Below, one piece after another: positions 50,691-62,912 of a stretch of 64,000 bases of DNA (position 1 is the first letter of the stretch; every line of letters begins with the position of its first letter). The stretch is from Octopus bimaculoides (taxonomy: Eukaryota). The stretch is taken from contig NC_068981.1 in assembly GCF_001194135.2 (NCBI RefSeq), forward strand, positions 166,707,549 to 166,771,548. Reading direction: 5' to 3'. The notes beneath the pieces are model-generated. The model ran no database searches and was not told the DNA's origin. It saw only the letters and a program-made list of their open reading frames with translations. Made by a program: the position numbers and the translations under genes.

Positions 50691-52169
50691 GTAATCATCA
50701 AAACTAGCCGAGAAGAAACAATTTATGGGTTTGTAGATTAGGAAGTAATGTATCAGTTATCTTCAGACAAGAAAGTTGGTGAGACTGGTTACAACAGAAG
50801 GGGATCAACTAAAAAGAACCCAGGTTATGATGCTAAACCAAACATTGTCTCCTATCTAAAAACAGATATAGTGTATCTGATGAGCTTCTGTGTATATAAT
50901 TTCACTCATAACATTCAAGTCAACTTAAGTTTATGGTAAAAGACACTTAACCTAAATGGCATTCAGTAAGATTGAGTGCAGAACTATGTAAATTGCAAAA
51001 AATACATCTTAATCAAAAAGCTTTTTTGTTGTACATATGTGTAAATAAATTACTGACTTTTGTTTTTCAAAGTAATATCTTTTAGCCCAAGATCTAGCTG
51101 TAGGAACTGCAGAGCCTATTTGAAACATGTTCCCTACACACACACACATATACACTGATTGATAACCAGTCTGAAAAAGCAAGATAAAATTGCAAATTAC
51201 CAAAGGAACATAAATTTTATAAATTATTTAAAAACAGAGAAGCAAATTGGGATGGTTTAGGTGTAGAGCCCAAAAGGAGAAATTGGTGTATTTACCCTGA
51301 AACCATCCATATTGATCCTAATTAATATTTATGTATCTTAAGGCGGTGAGCTAGCAGAACTGTTAGCATGTCAAGCAAAATGCTTAACAGCATTTCGTCC
51401 GTCTTTACATTCTGAGCTCAAATTCCGCCAAGGTTGACTTTACCTTTCATCCTTTCAGGGTCAATAAAATAAGTACCCGTTGAATACTAAGGTTGATGTA
51501 ATCGACCTACCCCACTGCCCTAAAGTTACTGGCCTTGTGCCAAAATCTGAATCCAATATTTCTGTATCTGCCCTTTTTTTCCTAAATAAAAAATATATAA
51601 AAATTTAAAATAAAATTTGCCAAACTGTTCTAGTCAAAATTAAAGAATTTCACTTCTCCAAGCGATCTGTCACGTCTCCTTCTCACCATATACCAAACAA
51701 GTCACCAACACAGATAAGTGAAGAAGCTTTTAGTTGAAAAACTACTTACTGATACAACAGTGAAACTTCCGATCAAAATGTTCCATATTCTGAGTAGTTA
51801 CAAAGAATGTACTAATCAAAAAAAGAACTTTCTCTTATCAACTTGGCACATGAAGTCCCAAAATGTTTTCAGGTTTGGATTTTACTTTTGCATTTTTATC
51901 TGACTAAAAGAGGCTACATCCATAAACTTTGTAGACTGGTGAAATAAAAGTGGTTGTTGTTTGAGGAGAAAAATATGAATGTAGTAGTAGTAGACAGCTT
52001 GCAAGTTTAGAGAAGCAAGAACAATTATGCCATCAATAGAAGAGACACGGGTAGCATACATCATGTTGGTATGGTGTTTGTTAGTGAACAAAAGCTTGCC
52101 AATCTATCATGAAATAATTATTCTCATTTATTATTAGTGATTTACAGCTGAAAATGCAACAAATGTATT

Positions 52170-52396
52170 TTAATCATTTAGTGTTTAAACAGGTCATATC
52201 AGGCCCAAATATTCTACCTGCTTTATGTTCAAACTGGCCAGATTCAGTTTCTCACACCAACCCTACAATATCATTCTAAAACTTAATAGTTACCTCACAA
52301 AAATCTCCAAGCAACAAGATAATGCAAGATTAATTCAAAACATGTGAATAAATATGCATTACTTTTGACAGAATAATGTGAAAGCTAAAGGATTAA
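52170..52396 (+). mobile_element. piggyBac-like MITE (TTAA-flanked); other copies ~31029-31240 (+) and ~39533-39737 (-)
   Basis: ttaa(t)catttag ... ctaaagga ttaa ends; three alignable copies. Confidence 0.6.
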
Positions 52397-53588
52397 GGAC
52401 TCAGTAAATAAACTAACCTTTCTACAAGACAAAAAGGGAACCTATGTGCAATCACTCAATCTGTTTAAAAAGAGCTCCCAAATCTCCTATAAATCACACC
52501 TTAACCTTAAAAAATATGAGGGGGTGCTGTAAAGCTCCTGGCTTTAAGGGTATCGTGAAAAGCCTGGTTGGATGCCCAACCTTCCAAGTTCTTTTACAGG
52601 GCTTAGAAAAACTAAAGGACTGCTGCAATAAGAGCGTGAATCTGAGAGGGAATATGTTGAATATAAATGATCCTCTTGTACTTTCTCTTACCTAAATCCA
52701 GGAACTTTTCAGCACCCCCTTGTACATATAAAAAAAAAATTAACTAGCATTGCTCTAAATATATTATGTTTGAAAACAATTTATAAATAAAGATGGAACT
52801 GCCACAATTGAAACATCTGTTCAATATTATAGCCATAGATAAGAAACAACTATTCTAACAATATATCGCTTAGCAGGAAAATCAATAGCTATTGTTATCA
52901 ACTGTGATACTGAATGCATGTTATTTCTTGCATGTACATTATTTTTTTTCTTTTTAAATTCTATGTACTCTTTCCAGTTTGAACAAAAATTTACTCTAAA
53001 TTTGAAGAGGCCAGCTGCTGTGTTAGTAGACCTTTTGTCACTTTTTAAACAAAAAAACATCTATGTATAAAGAACCTGTTAACTCTTTACTACCAATGTA
53101 ATATATAATGGATATTTGACAAATCATTAGAAAGAAACTTGCTGTACTATGGAAATGCTGAACATTCTTAAAATACCAAAGTCCTCCAAGTGTCAGCTTC
53201 TGCAAATTTGGAATATTTTGCTATGGTTATAGGCTCAGCAGATACTACTTGAAAAGGTTTAGAAGATGTTAGTAGAGATAAGGTTGATCATGCAGTGACA
53301 AAACACCAAAAGACAAATAACTAGGCTGCACTATGATTAGGAATTGGAAAACCTTTCATTTGAAGTCCAGTGTGAAAGGTGATGTTTCTAAAACAATTGC
53401 AATTCAGCAGATTTAGAGTCTTCACTCTGCAGATATTAGCCACAAGCAAAAAATGACCACCTTCCTCCCAACAATGCTCAGAAAATTTCAAATAAACATT
53501 AGATGACTCAAATTATTAGAGATTCAATCCAGAGTTTTATAACATCCACATGTAAAATACTGCACATCAGAAACTAAAATATATTCAC

Positions 53589-53715
53589 TGTAAACATTTT
53601 CCAGATCAATAAAAAAACAAAAAAGCAGGTGTTCACCAAAGCAGGCTTTCTCAGTTGAAAGTATGCAACAGGGCAAAAGGATACTTTGATTACCCAACAG
53701 AGGTTCCATTTCCAT
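53589..53715 (-). CDS. PIGQ: Probable first coding exon of PIGQ (MEMEPLLGNQSILLPCCILSTEKACFGEH...)
   Basis: ccttctgtacag acceptor 13 nt upstream of the ATG, GTGAAT donor in the required phase 1, ILLPCC..ST resembles the PIGQ N-terminal FFPTCCVST. Confidence 0.55.
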
Positions 53716-54099
53716 ATCACAGTTGCTTCTGTACAGAAGGACTAGCAAAAACTTCGGAATAGAATACACTTATGCTAGCTAACAAGGCTCATGCAAAGCA
53801 TTGTAAAAATAAAATACTACCTGTCTCTTAACAACACAGCAGCCCCCCACCCCACCCCGCTCCAAAAAAGATGACACAAACATGATTGGTAAAGGCAAGA
53901 CAATATGCAAGAAAGAATGGGTCTGACATTGACACAAAATCCTGTCATCAAGAAAAGGAATGTAGAGAGGCCCTGAAATACAAATATTATTTCATGATAT
54001 TCAGAAAGAGTTTCCTTCTATCACAGCATCAGTAATCAAAGATAAAATACTATTTGCCTAAGTATGGTTCTTTTGCATTAACTGCGGATGAAACAGATT

Positions 54100-55255
54100 T
54101 CACTTGTTCTACGCTATTTTTGACAATGTTCTATCTGAAGAATTTGTTGGTTATTAAGCAGCTTCTGAACTTGATACTCAATTGCTTCTGCAGGACAAAA
54201 TGTTGGTGCTGAACATTAGTAGTGTTAACATCCAGTTATGTGTTACCGCTGGAGAATATCCAAGATCCTTCTTGTCTGCTGAATGGCATCCCAGAAGAAC
54301 AATGGGTAGATACTCACTCCATTGATGTTGGTCAGGGTAAGCATGCCTTGTAGCCTTAAATTGGCAGTGGAAGCATTCCACCATACCATGTGAAGCTGGA
54401 TGGTAACTAGTAGTCTGAATGTGCTACACACCTAGAATTTTCGAAAGCTCATGGAAGAGCTAGGATTTGAACTGCCTACCATAGTTAGTGATGATCATGG
54501 TAGGAACACCATAACGCAATATCCAACCCAATACCAGGGCTCGTGCTACTGATTCTGCTGCAATATCACACAAAGGGATGGCTTCTGGCCAACATGTAAA
54601 ACAGTCGATGCACATAAGGAGATACATAAAACATTGACTAACTGGCCAGGGTCCAACTACATTGAATTGGATGTGGCTCAAATGAGCATCCAAGATGTTG
54701 AATGTACCGAGAAGTGCACGAATGTGCTTATGCACTTTAGCTTTCTGGCAGAAAAGACAAGAACGTGACCAAGCAGTGATATCTCATCTCATATTCAGCC
54801 AAAAGAATCTAGCTGAAATGAGTTTCACTGTGGCTGAAGTTCCAGGATGCGAGAGACTATGCAGAGTGTGAAAAACAATTTGATGGTGAGTCTCTGGAAC
54901 AAGAGGACATGGTGTATCTGTCGAGATGTCACATAATATTTGTGCATCAGAAGTAGGTACAGGCAGGTACTTAAATTTACAAGTCACAAATTCAGGTGAA
55001 GCAAGATCAATCGACTCTAAGGGAGGATGATCTGCAAAAAGAAGATGGAGGTTGATATAAGTGAATATCATTGGTAAACTGTGAAACAAAATTTAGGTGA
55101 CGAATTTCGCAAGGTGAGTATCTGTTGGGCTTTGAACGAAATGCAAAAGTAAGTGGTGATTGGTACAGATCATAAAGTGGTAACCTTCAAGTGAGTGCTG
55201 AAAGTGTCTAACTGCCACGTACATAGCCAAAAGTTCACAGCCGAACATGCTATAG
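54100..55255 (-). pseudogene. Ty3/Gypsy pol remnant (RNase H, integrase zinc finger and core)
   Basis: YSMFGCELLAMYVAVRHF, ARFFWLNMR, VVGPWP...IDCFTCWPEAIPL...GVPTMIITNYGRQF; multiple frameshifts. Confidence 0.92.
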
Positions 55256-55396
55256 GCAATAACAGAGGAATTCAAGACAAGTTGCCCCTGGGAGCTCCTC
55301 TATGCTGATGACCTTGCTTCTCATAGCTGAGTCACTACCAGAACTAGAAAAGTTTCAGGTGTGGAAGCAAGGTCTAGAATCGAAGGGCATTTAAGC

Positions 55397-55723
55397 TGTA
55401 GTAACACCTGCGCATGCGTAGTCTTACGCATGCGTAGAATTAAACAAGCAAGCGTTTCCCGCTCAATTCATTCTCTTTCTCGCTGGCCAGCGATTGAGCA
55501 AGGACGTGTATTTAAAGCTGTCTCTACATCTTTCGGTCTTATACTCGACAGCTCGTTATTCTCACCTCTAAAGATGTATAACTAAAGATATGTATGTTTT
55601 ACCAAGTAAATAAATGTTGTTTGAGTTGTTTAGTCTGGAGTTCAGCGTTCCGTCTATTTCTTTAATTTTTTAGTAGAAAGTCAGGTATACAATCTAAAGA
55701 TGTATAACCCACTTTCTACTAAA
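55397..55723 (+). mobile_element. Solo LTR (327 bp) with 4-bp TSD AAGC
   Basis: TGTAGT...ACTA(a)A ends, AAGC at 55393-55396 and 55724-55727, TATTTAAA and AATAAA inside; splits the RTE frame exactly. Confidence 0.75.
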
Positions 55724-55934
55724 AAGCTAACCTAGCAAAAACCAAAGTCTTAGTAAGTAGGAAGGCAGACAAATCACAAATTCCTTCAAGTAGATGGCCC
55801 TGCTCGATCTGTAGAAAAGGTGTAGGTAGAAACTCTATAAGATGTACCCAGCGTAAGCTATGGACACTTAAGAGGTGCAGCAATATCAAAGGAAGGCTAA
55901 TTGGGAAGATAGTTTTTGTGTGTGGAAGATGCAT

Positions 55935-56932
55935 NNNNNNNNNNNNNNNNNNNNNNNNNNNNNNNNNNNNNNNNNNNNNNNNNNNNNNNNNNNNNNNNNN
56001 NNNNNNNNNNNNNNNNNNNNNNNNNNNNNNNNNNNNNNNNNNNNNNNNNNNNNNNNNNNNNNNNNNNNNNNNNNNNNNNNNNNNNNNNNNNNNNNNNNNN
56101 NNNNNNNNNNNNNNNNNNNNNNNNNNNNNNNNNNNNNNNNNNNNNNNNNNNNNNNNNNNNNNNNNNNNNNNNNNNNNNNNNNNNNNNNNNNNNNNNNNNN
56201 NNNNNNNNNNNNNNNNNNNNNNNNNNNNNNNNNNNNNNNNNNNNNNNNNNNNNNNNNNNNNNNNNNNNNNNNNNNNNNNNNNNNNNNNNNNNNNNNNNNN
56301 NNNNNNNNNNNNNNNNNNNNNNNNNNNNNNNNNNNNNNNNNNNNNNNNNNNNNNNNNNNNNNNNNNNNNNNNNNNNNNNNNNNNNNNNNNNNNNNNNNNN
56401 NNNNNNNNNNNNNNNNNNNNNNNNNNNNNNNNNNNNNNNNNNNNNNNNNNNNNNNNNNNNNNNNNNNNNNNNNNNNNNNNNNNNNNNNNNNNNNNNNNNN
56501 NNNNNNNNNNNNNNNNNNNNNNNNNNNNNNNNNNNNNNNNNNNNNNNNNNNNNNNNNNNNNNNNNNNNNNNNNNNNNNNNNNNNNNNNNNNNNNNNNNNN
56601 NNNNNNNNNNNNNNNNNNNNNNNNNNNNNNNNNNNNNNNNNNNNNNNNNNNNNNNNNNNNNNNNNNNNNNNNNNNNNNNNNNNNNNNNNNNNNNNNNNNN
56701 NNNNNNNNNNNNNNNNNNNNNNNNNNNNNNNNNNNNNNNNNNNNNNNNNNNNNNNNNNNNNNNNNNNNNNNNNNNNNNNNNNNNNNNNNNNNNNNNNNNN
56801 NNNNNNNNNNNNNNNNNNNNNNNNNNNNNNNNNNNNNNNNNNNNNNNNNNNNNNNNNNNNNNNNNNNNNNNNNNNNNNNNNNNNNNNNNNNNNNNNNNNN
56901 NNNNNNNNNNNNNNNNNNNNNNNNNNNNNNNN
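55935..56932. other. Assembly gap (N) flanked by a ~540-bp duplicated block (55395-55934 = 56933-57472)
   Basis: Run of N; the two flanking copies differ at only 2 positions that I could see. Confidence 0.95.
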
Positions 56933-58488
56933 GCTGTAGTAACACCTGCGCATGCGTAGTCTTACGCATGCGTAGAATTAAACAAGCAAGCGTTTCCCGC
57001 TCAATTCATTCTCTTTCTCGCTGGCCAGCGATTGAGCAAGGACGTGTATTTAAAGCTGTCTCTACATCTTTCGGTCTTATACTCGACAGCTCGTTATTCT
57101 CACCTCTAAAGATGTATAACTAAAGATATGTATGTTTTACCAAGTAAATAAATGTTGTTTGAGTTGTTTAGTCTGGAGTTCAGCGTTCCGTCTATTTCTT
57201 CAATTTTATAGTAGAAAGTCAGGTATACAATCTAAAGATGTATAACCCACTTTCTACTAAAAAGCTAACCTAGCAAAAACCAAAGTCTTAGTAAGTAGGA
57301 AGGCAGACAAATCACAAATTCCTTCAAGTAGATGGCCCTGCTCGATCTGTAGAAAAGGTGTAGGTAGAAACTCTATAAGATGTACCCAGCGTAAGCTATG
57401 GACACTTAAGAGGTGCAGCAATATCAAAGGAAGGCTAATTGGGAAGATAGTTTTTGTGTGTGGAAGATGCATAGGTGCAATAAACACCGAAGATGTACAG
57501 AAAACGGATTCCATCACATCCGTTAACTAGGTGACCAAGTCAGTTATGGGGGAGGATGCTCTGAGGGCGTAGCTGCTAGAATAAGAATAGGCTGGGCAAA
57601 TTTCAGAGAGCTCCTACCTCTGCTAGTAACAAAGGACCTCTCGCTCAGAGTGGCTACACTAACCAAAACATGCATAGATGGATAACAGTTCCGCCAAAGG
57701 GAAATAGTGCTCTTACAATATAAATAAATTACTCACACACACAAAAACACGTATATATTGTACAAACACATTATTTATAACTATTCACAATAGTATGTTA
57801 AATCATTAGGGTGATCATGAGTTTGTTTTAGACATCACGACTAAGGTCAGAGTAGATTAATACGCATTCCCTTCGATGTTCTAAAATAGCTCAAATTCCA
57901 TCTGCAGGGAAGGCGGTGGTATCAGTTATTTGGGGATGCAAAAGGCATTGGTGTTTGTTGACTATCTTCAAAAAATCCACACCATTCCTTTTATATTTTA
58001 AAATAGCTCAAAATTTCCTGCTGCAAGTGAGAAATTTAATTAGATAAGAATACATTTTCGAAATTATAGATTATAAGTATTACATGGTGGAGGAAATGTT
58101 TACACATTTGTTATTTCTAAACTCGAGAAGATATATAACATGCGGTTATGAACTAACGATAGTGATAAAAAAAACAAACAAATACAACATTAGAAAATAG
58201 GTATTAACCAAACTCAAAGTTCAGGTACATAGAATATACAAGTTTAACACCAGAAAAGTTAGAGCTATATAAGCGGTGCAGAAAATAAAGCCAGTAGAAA
58301 ACACATAAGAAAACAGTTTCAACCGAAATTTGCCTTATTCGACCATTCTTAGGGTTATACATAGAATGTAAATGAAATTTATACTTACGATATATGTTTA
58401 AATACATTTACTTTTGCTTCAATGTATTCGAGTATCAATAAACAGTTGCTAGCTTAACAGAAAAGTAAGACAGAATGTAACAACTCAC

Positions 58489-58700
58489 CGTTTTAAGGAA
58501 TTGTTTAATCTTGTAAGAGTTATCTCTCTTAGATTTCAGACTATAATTTTAGATTTTAATTTTACTGTAACATTATGTGTCATTTGCAGCTTGGCCTTAC
58601 CTAGCTTCAATTGAATTTAAGAAGGATAGCAGATCGATGACTGGCGAAGTGCAGAGGGAAGAAACGGAATGTTTTATCGATACATGAAAAAATGCTGTGA
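58489..58700 (-). other. PIGQ: Candidate non-coding first exon/promoter of PIGQ (upstream boundary uncertain)
   Basis: Strong ACG|GTGAGT donor at 58488; CpG-richer region; pairs with the acceptor at 53729. Confidence 0.35.
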
Positions 58701-59079
58701 GAGTAAAGGACAAATCCTCCAGCTTGTAGCAATGATGGTTACAGTTGCTATTCATTTGGCGTTGCAACTATGGATAACAAGAAAGAAATAAAACCTGACA
58801 ATCTTAGATTAAAAGAAACTGGACGTGAATTAATGATAATCAATACAGCTTGACACTTGTTAGTGGGACCGATATCGATACTCACAGAAAGTATCAAATT
58901 TGTTGTTACGTCGAGTCGATAAAGAAATATTCCGCAGTTTTTTTTTGGGGGGGGGGGGTTGTGTAGATATATATAACTGGTATTCTGTGGAATTAACGTG
59001 TAAGTGGCTGAGCACTCCACAGACACGCGTTAAAACCCCTTAACGTAGTCCTCAGCTTGACACAGAATACAAGACTAGG

Positions 59080-59235
59080 CCTTTGGAATACAGGTGCTCC
59101 TCATTTTTGCCAAATTAGTGAACTAGAGCAACATGAAACTAAGTATTTTGCTCAAGGACGCAACGCGCAGCCGGCTATCGAACTCACAACCTTCCGATCA
59201 TAAACCGAATATTGTAACCACTAAGCTACGTGTCT
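59080..59235 (-). mobile_element. tRNA-derived SINE family 3 head (gtccttgagcaa central motif); related copies at 32100-32240 and ~16500-16620
   Basis: A/B-box-like head plus shared central motif. Confidence 0.6.
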
Positions 59236-59349
59236 TACACACACACACACACATTCATACACAAACACACACACACAATAAATACGGGGTTCTAATCTTG
59301 TGGACAGGAGAAACTAGCATTGAAGACACCACGAAGTAGGAAACCATCA

Positions 59350-59600
59350 ATTATGACCACTGATACAAATCACCACCAAGAGAATGAATTGGTTTGTGTC
59401 GAGAGTTAGATTATAGCCTCGTTGCTGCACAAGTGAATTATGGTCATAATGCATTACAGAAGATGGTGAAAGACTTTGGGTATCAGAAAGTGTATGCAAA
59501 GTGGATTGACACTTGATTTGAAGAAGGGAAGAGTAGAAGTGTGCTCTGATCTGCTGAAAGAATTTAAAGCCAACGAAGGCACATTTTTCCAATCATGAGG
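59350..59600 (+). mobile_element. Decayed mariner transposase fragment (different from the 13900 copy)
   Basis: FGYQKVYAKWI (~LGYRKVCARWVP), RVEVCSDLLKEFKANEGTFF. Confidence 0.75.
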
Positions 59601-61181
59601 ATATCTTTATAATCTTTATATATATATCTTAATTTTTTTACTTTTTTCAGAATTTTTTTTTTCAAAATATGCGGGAAAATACGGAAATTATGATTCTGAA
59701 AAAAATTTCCAAAACTTTTTTGTAAAATTTTAAAAAAAAATTTTTTTTTTTTTTACTAAATACGCAGAAAAATACGGACATTATGATTCAGACAAAAGTT
59801 CAAAACATTTCTGTAGTTACGGTTAGGGTTTTAAGGTTAGGGTTAGTGTTGGGGAAAAAAGTCAAAATTGAAGAATTGGGGTGGGGGATTTCACAATGCC
59901 GATTTTTGGCAATTTTCCGGAACCTCCGTATCCGAAAGTTTTGGCAAAAAAAAAAATTAAATAAACAAATTTGGGAGAAAATGGTGTTCTTTCCTAAAAA
60001 TGTCAATTTCCTTCGTTTTCTGGGATGTGGCTGTACTATGAAGAGCAAACAGTACATTGAGATAGTTTGTGCAATTTGAATTAACCTTTGTCAGTTAATA
60101 AAAAAGCTATGCTCTCTTTTCCATTACTTTTGGATCAAACTTTGTATCTCTCTCTCCCTCCATATACATGTGTGTACGTATACATCAGAAGCAACTCCAG
60201 GTTATTAGCGTCATTCGGGCTCATCACAGATTTCGCATAAGACACATGCATAAAAGATAAGAGACGTAATGCACACTACAGACTTATATGTGCACTGATA
60301 ATTTAATAATTAAACAGAAATATAGTTTTAATATGTCTTCTCTCCACATCTAAGTTAAGGGTAAAAATAAAGCAACCCTGCAAAACACAACTGATCTTTA
60401 CACACAGACACACAGAATAACAGCTACCAAATAACGACAGCAGAGTGCACAGCAAACATCAACGATCTGTCACTTGTGCTCTTGACGAGATGCCAGTTAG
60501 TCTTTTACACCTTCCAGGCTCGCTCATATTAGCCCAAGTTGCTGAATAATTTTTCGTTCCTTTAAGAATATTATAGAACAGAAACTTTTCATACATTGGC
60601 ATTTAAATCCTAATCTCTATAGAAATTTATTGTTTCAAGAAAACATCGAATTTGAATTACTTTTAATTTTAACAATTATAGGTAACAATTCAGCCTGTAA
60701 CTTCTGAGCCCGAGTCAGGTGCGTGTGAGCGATATCGAGAGAACGTCTGCTATGACTGATATTTTTTGACACATGGCATCTCTAAGACGACTGCCAGATG
60801 CTGAATGAAAATAAATGAACTGCAACCAGGCTCAATAAAAGGAACCCAAGTTATTGGCTGCAATTCCATACTTGAAGTCAATGTTGGCAGAAATTAAATC
60901 AGCTTGCAAATACACGTTCACTTTACTAAATTTACACTTGGGCTTAGTCCGAACAGCCCGAGTGGTGGAGCCGCTACTGATATATATGTGTGTGTGTGTG
61001 TCCATAAGAGTTGCGGAAGGTTGTGGATAAACCACTATTGTCCCTGATAAATAAACCAATAAACTATTATAGTCCCTGAACGTTGTTTTTTATATATACT
61101 GTCTGAAGCTAACTTTCTTCCTACACCTCAATCCCTGGATCTTACATTTATATTATCCCTAGTGAACGCTGTGTGATAGAC

Positions 61182-61310
61182 ATGGAAATGGAGAAAATTA
61201 AATTAAACTTGTCGCTCAAGGATATCCCACTTACCAACAAAACTGAGTATATGAAACTCATTCCTTGCGACAATATAACCTTTAATTTAATCAAGATATC
61301 CTTGGCCTGA
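61182..61310 (+). pseudogene. Penelope-like element ORF N-terminal fragment (MEMEKIKLNLSLKDIPLTNKTEYMKLI...)
   Basis: Resembles the recalled PLE N-terminal motif YSLKNIPxPxxxxYxxKL; truncated by a stop. Confidence 0.5.
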
Positions 61311-61927
61311 AGAATAGCCGGCGGTATACACCTCGCCTGGATTTTTAACACCTCTAAGGTTCCGCCCACTATGAAACATACGTAGCCCGGATCTTACTTA
61401 CTCCATTCTGTAACTCTTGTATTTTTATTCGCACACCCGGCAACCTTGGTCGCCTACCGTATATTATAAAAAGAACTTTTTTCAGCTTATCGTTCTTCAA
61501 TATGAAAAAAATCCACAACCTTCCGTCTCAATAAACCACTACTGTCCCTGATTTTTTTTTTAATATGGATTGCTTAAAGCTGACTTTCTTACCACACCTC
61601 AATCCTTGGATCTTACATTTATATTATACACACACACATAATTAGAAAGTAATGTAAATAAAACATTACAGGGGATATTTTATAAATAATCAAGATTATT
61701 TATGAATATATGAATGGCCAAACATGTTATCATAAAATACATAGAAGAACGTTTATAATGAACAAGTCACAATTATAACTACGAGGGTTTCAAAACCCTT
61801 ACATGTTATAAATAGCAGCCAAAACCGCTATAAAGCCATTTTATCATTCATATTATATTTCTTCGCAATAAAACTGTCAGCGAGCGACATGACAAATAGA
61901 ATCCACAACTTAAAAGTAATTGGTTAA

Positions 61928-61989
61928 TTCCCTATTGCAATTTTGACGTTAGGGACCTCTTAAGGGGCCCATTCGTCTCGTCAGGGGAA
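61928..61989 (-). ncRNA. Type I hammerhead ribozyme motif (family 1), stems perfect, G12A core change
   Basis: Minus strand TTCCC-CTGACGA-GACG...CGTC-AAAA-T-TGCA-A-TA-GGGAA. Confidence 0.75.
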
Positions 61990-62850
61990 ATATTCCTATA
62001 AATAGAAAATCAAAACAGGACTTTACCTTGGGGCTAGCATGAATCCCGACTGGCAAGAGAAATGCTTCAACCTCTGTCTACACATTCAAGTTTTGAATTT
62101 AAATGCCATTCACAGCGTTTATGTGAAAAGACCGGTAAACTGGAGCCACGGCAAAATCACCAGATATGAGTTGGGGAAAATTAAATAATTAGAAAGTAAT
62201 GTAATAAAACATTACGGAGGATATTTTATAAATAATTAAGATTATTTATGAATATATCAATGGCCAAATATGTTATCATAAAATACATAGAAGAAGAACG
62301 TTTATAATTATGAATAAGTCACAATTATAACCAAGAGGTCCCTAATGAAATTGCAATAGGGAATTAACCAGTTATTTTTAAGTTGTGGATTCTATTTGTT
62401 ATGTCACCAGCAGACAGTTTTTATTGTGAAGAGATATAATATGAGTGATAAAATGGCTTTATAGCGGTTTTGGCTGCTATTTATAACATGTAAGGGTTTT
62501 GAAACCCTCTTAGTTAAAATTGTGACTTGTTCATAATTATAAACGTTCTTCTATGTATTTTATGATAACATGTTTGGCCATTGATATATTCATAAATAAT
62601 CTTAATTATTTATAATATATCTTCCATAATGTTTTATTACATTACTTTCTAATTATTTAATTTTCCCCAACTCATATCTGGTGATTTTGCCGTGGCTCCA
62701 GTTCACCAGTCTTTTCACATAAACGCTGTGCATGGCATTTAAATTCAAAACTTGAATGTGTAGATAGAGGTTGAAACATTTCTCTTGCCTGTCAGGATTC
62801 ATGCTAGTCCCAAATTAAAGTCTTGTTTTGATTTCTGTTTATAGGAATAT

Positions 62851-62912
62851 TTCCCCTGACGAGATGAATGGGTCCCTTAAGAGGTCCCTATCGTCGAAAT
62901 TGCAATAAGGAA
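62851..62912 (+). ncRNA. Type I hammerhead ribozyme motif (family 1), complete catalytic core
   Basis: TTCCC-CTGACGA-GATGA...TCGTC-GAAA-T-TGCA-A-TA-AGGAA; AUA triplet, predicted cut after 62907; one C-A mismatch in stem I next to the cleavage site. Confidence 0.85.

Larger units (their letters stand above)
55256..57655 (+). mobile_element. RTE ORF2 fragment (RT YADD to post-RT), interrupted by a solo LTR and an assembly gap
   Basis: TEEFKTSCPWELLYADDL ... NLAKTKV ... WPCSICRKGVGRNSIRC ... LGDQVSYGGGCSEGVAARIRIGW. Confidence 0.9.

Noticed and set aside
50689-50845. Candidate PIGQ exon with a GTAAGT donor
   Set aside because: All frames are closed except M-I-T, and the donor is part of a MITE-like inverted repeat
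51059-51175. Strong minus-strand acceptor followed by an open frame (TGYQSVYMCVCVG...)
   Set aside because: Contains a (GT)n microsatellite; phase is incompatible with the downstream PIGQ exon
62006-62188. 60-codon frame in the 547-bp unit with YLGAS (GIY-YIG-like)
   Set aside because: The other copy has an early stop, it is antisense to the ribozyme, and the similarity is too weak
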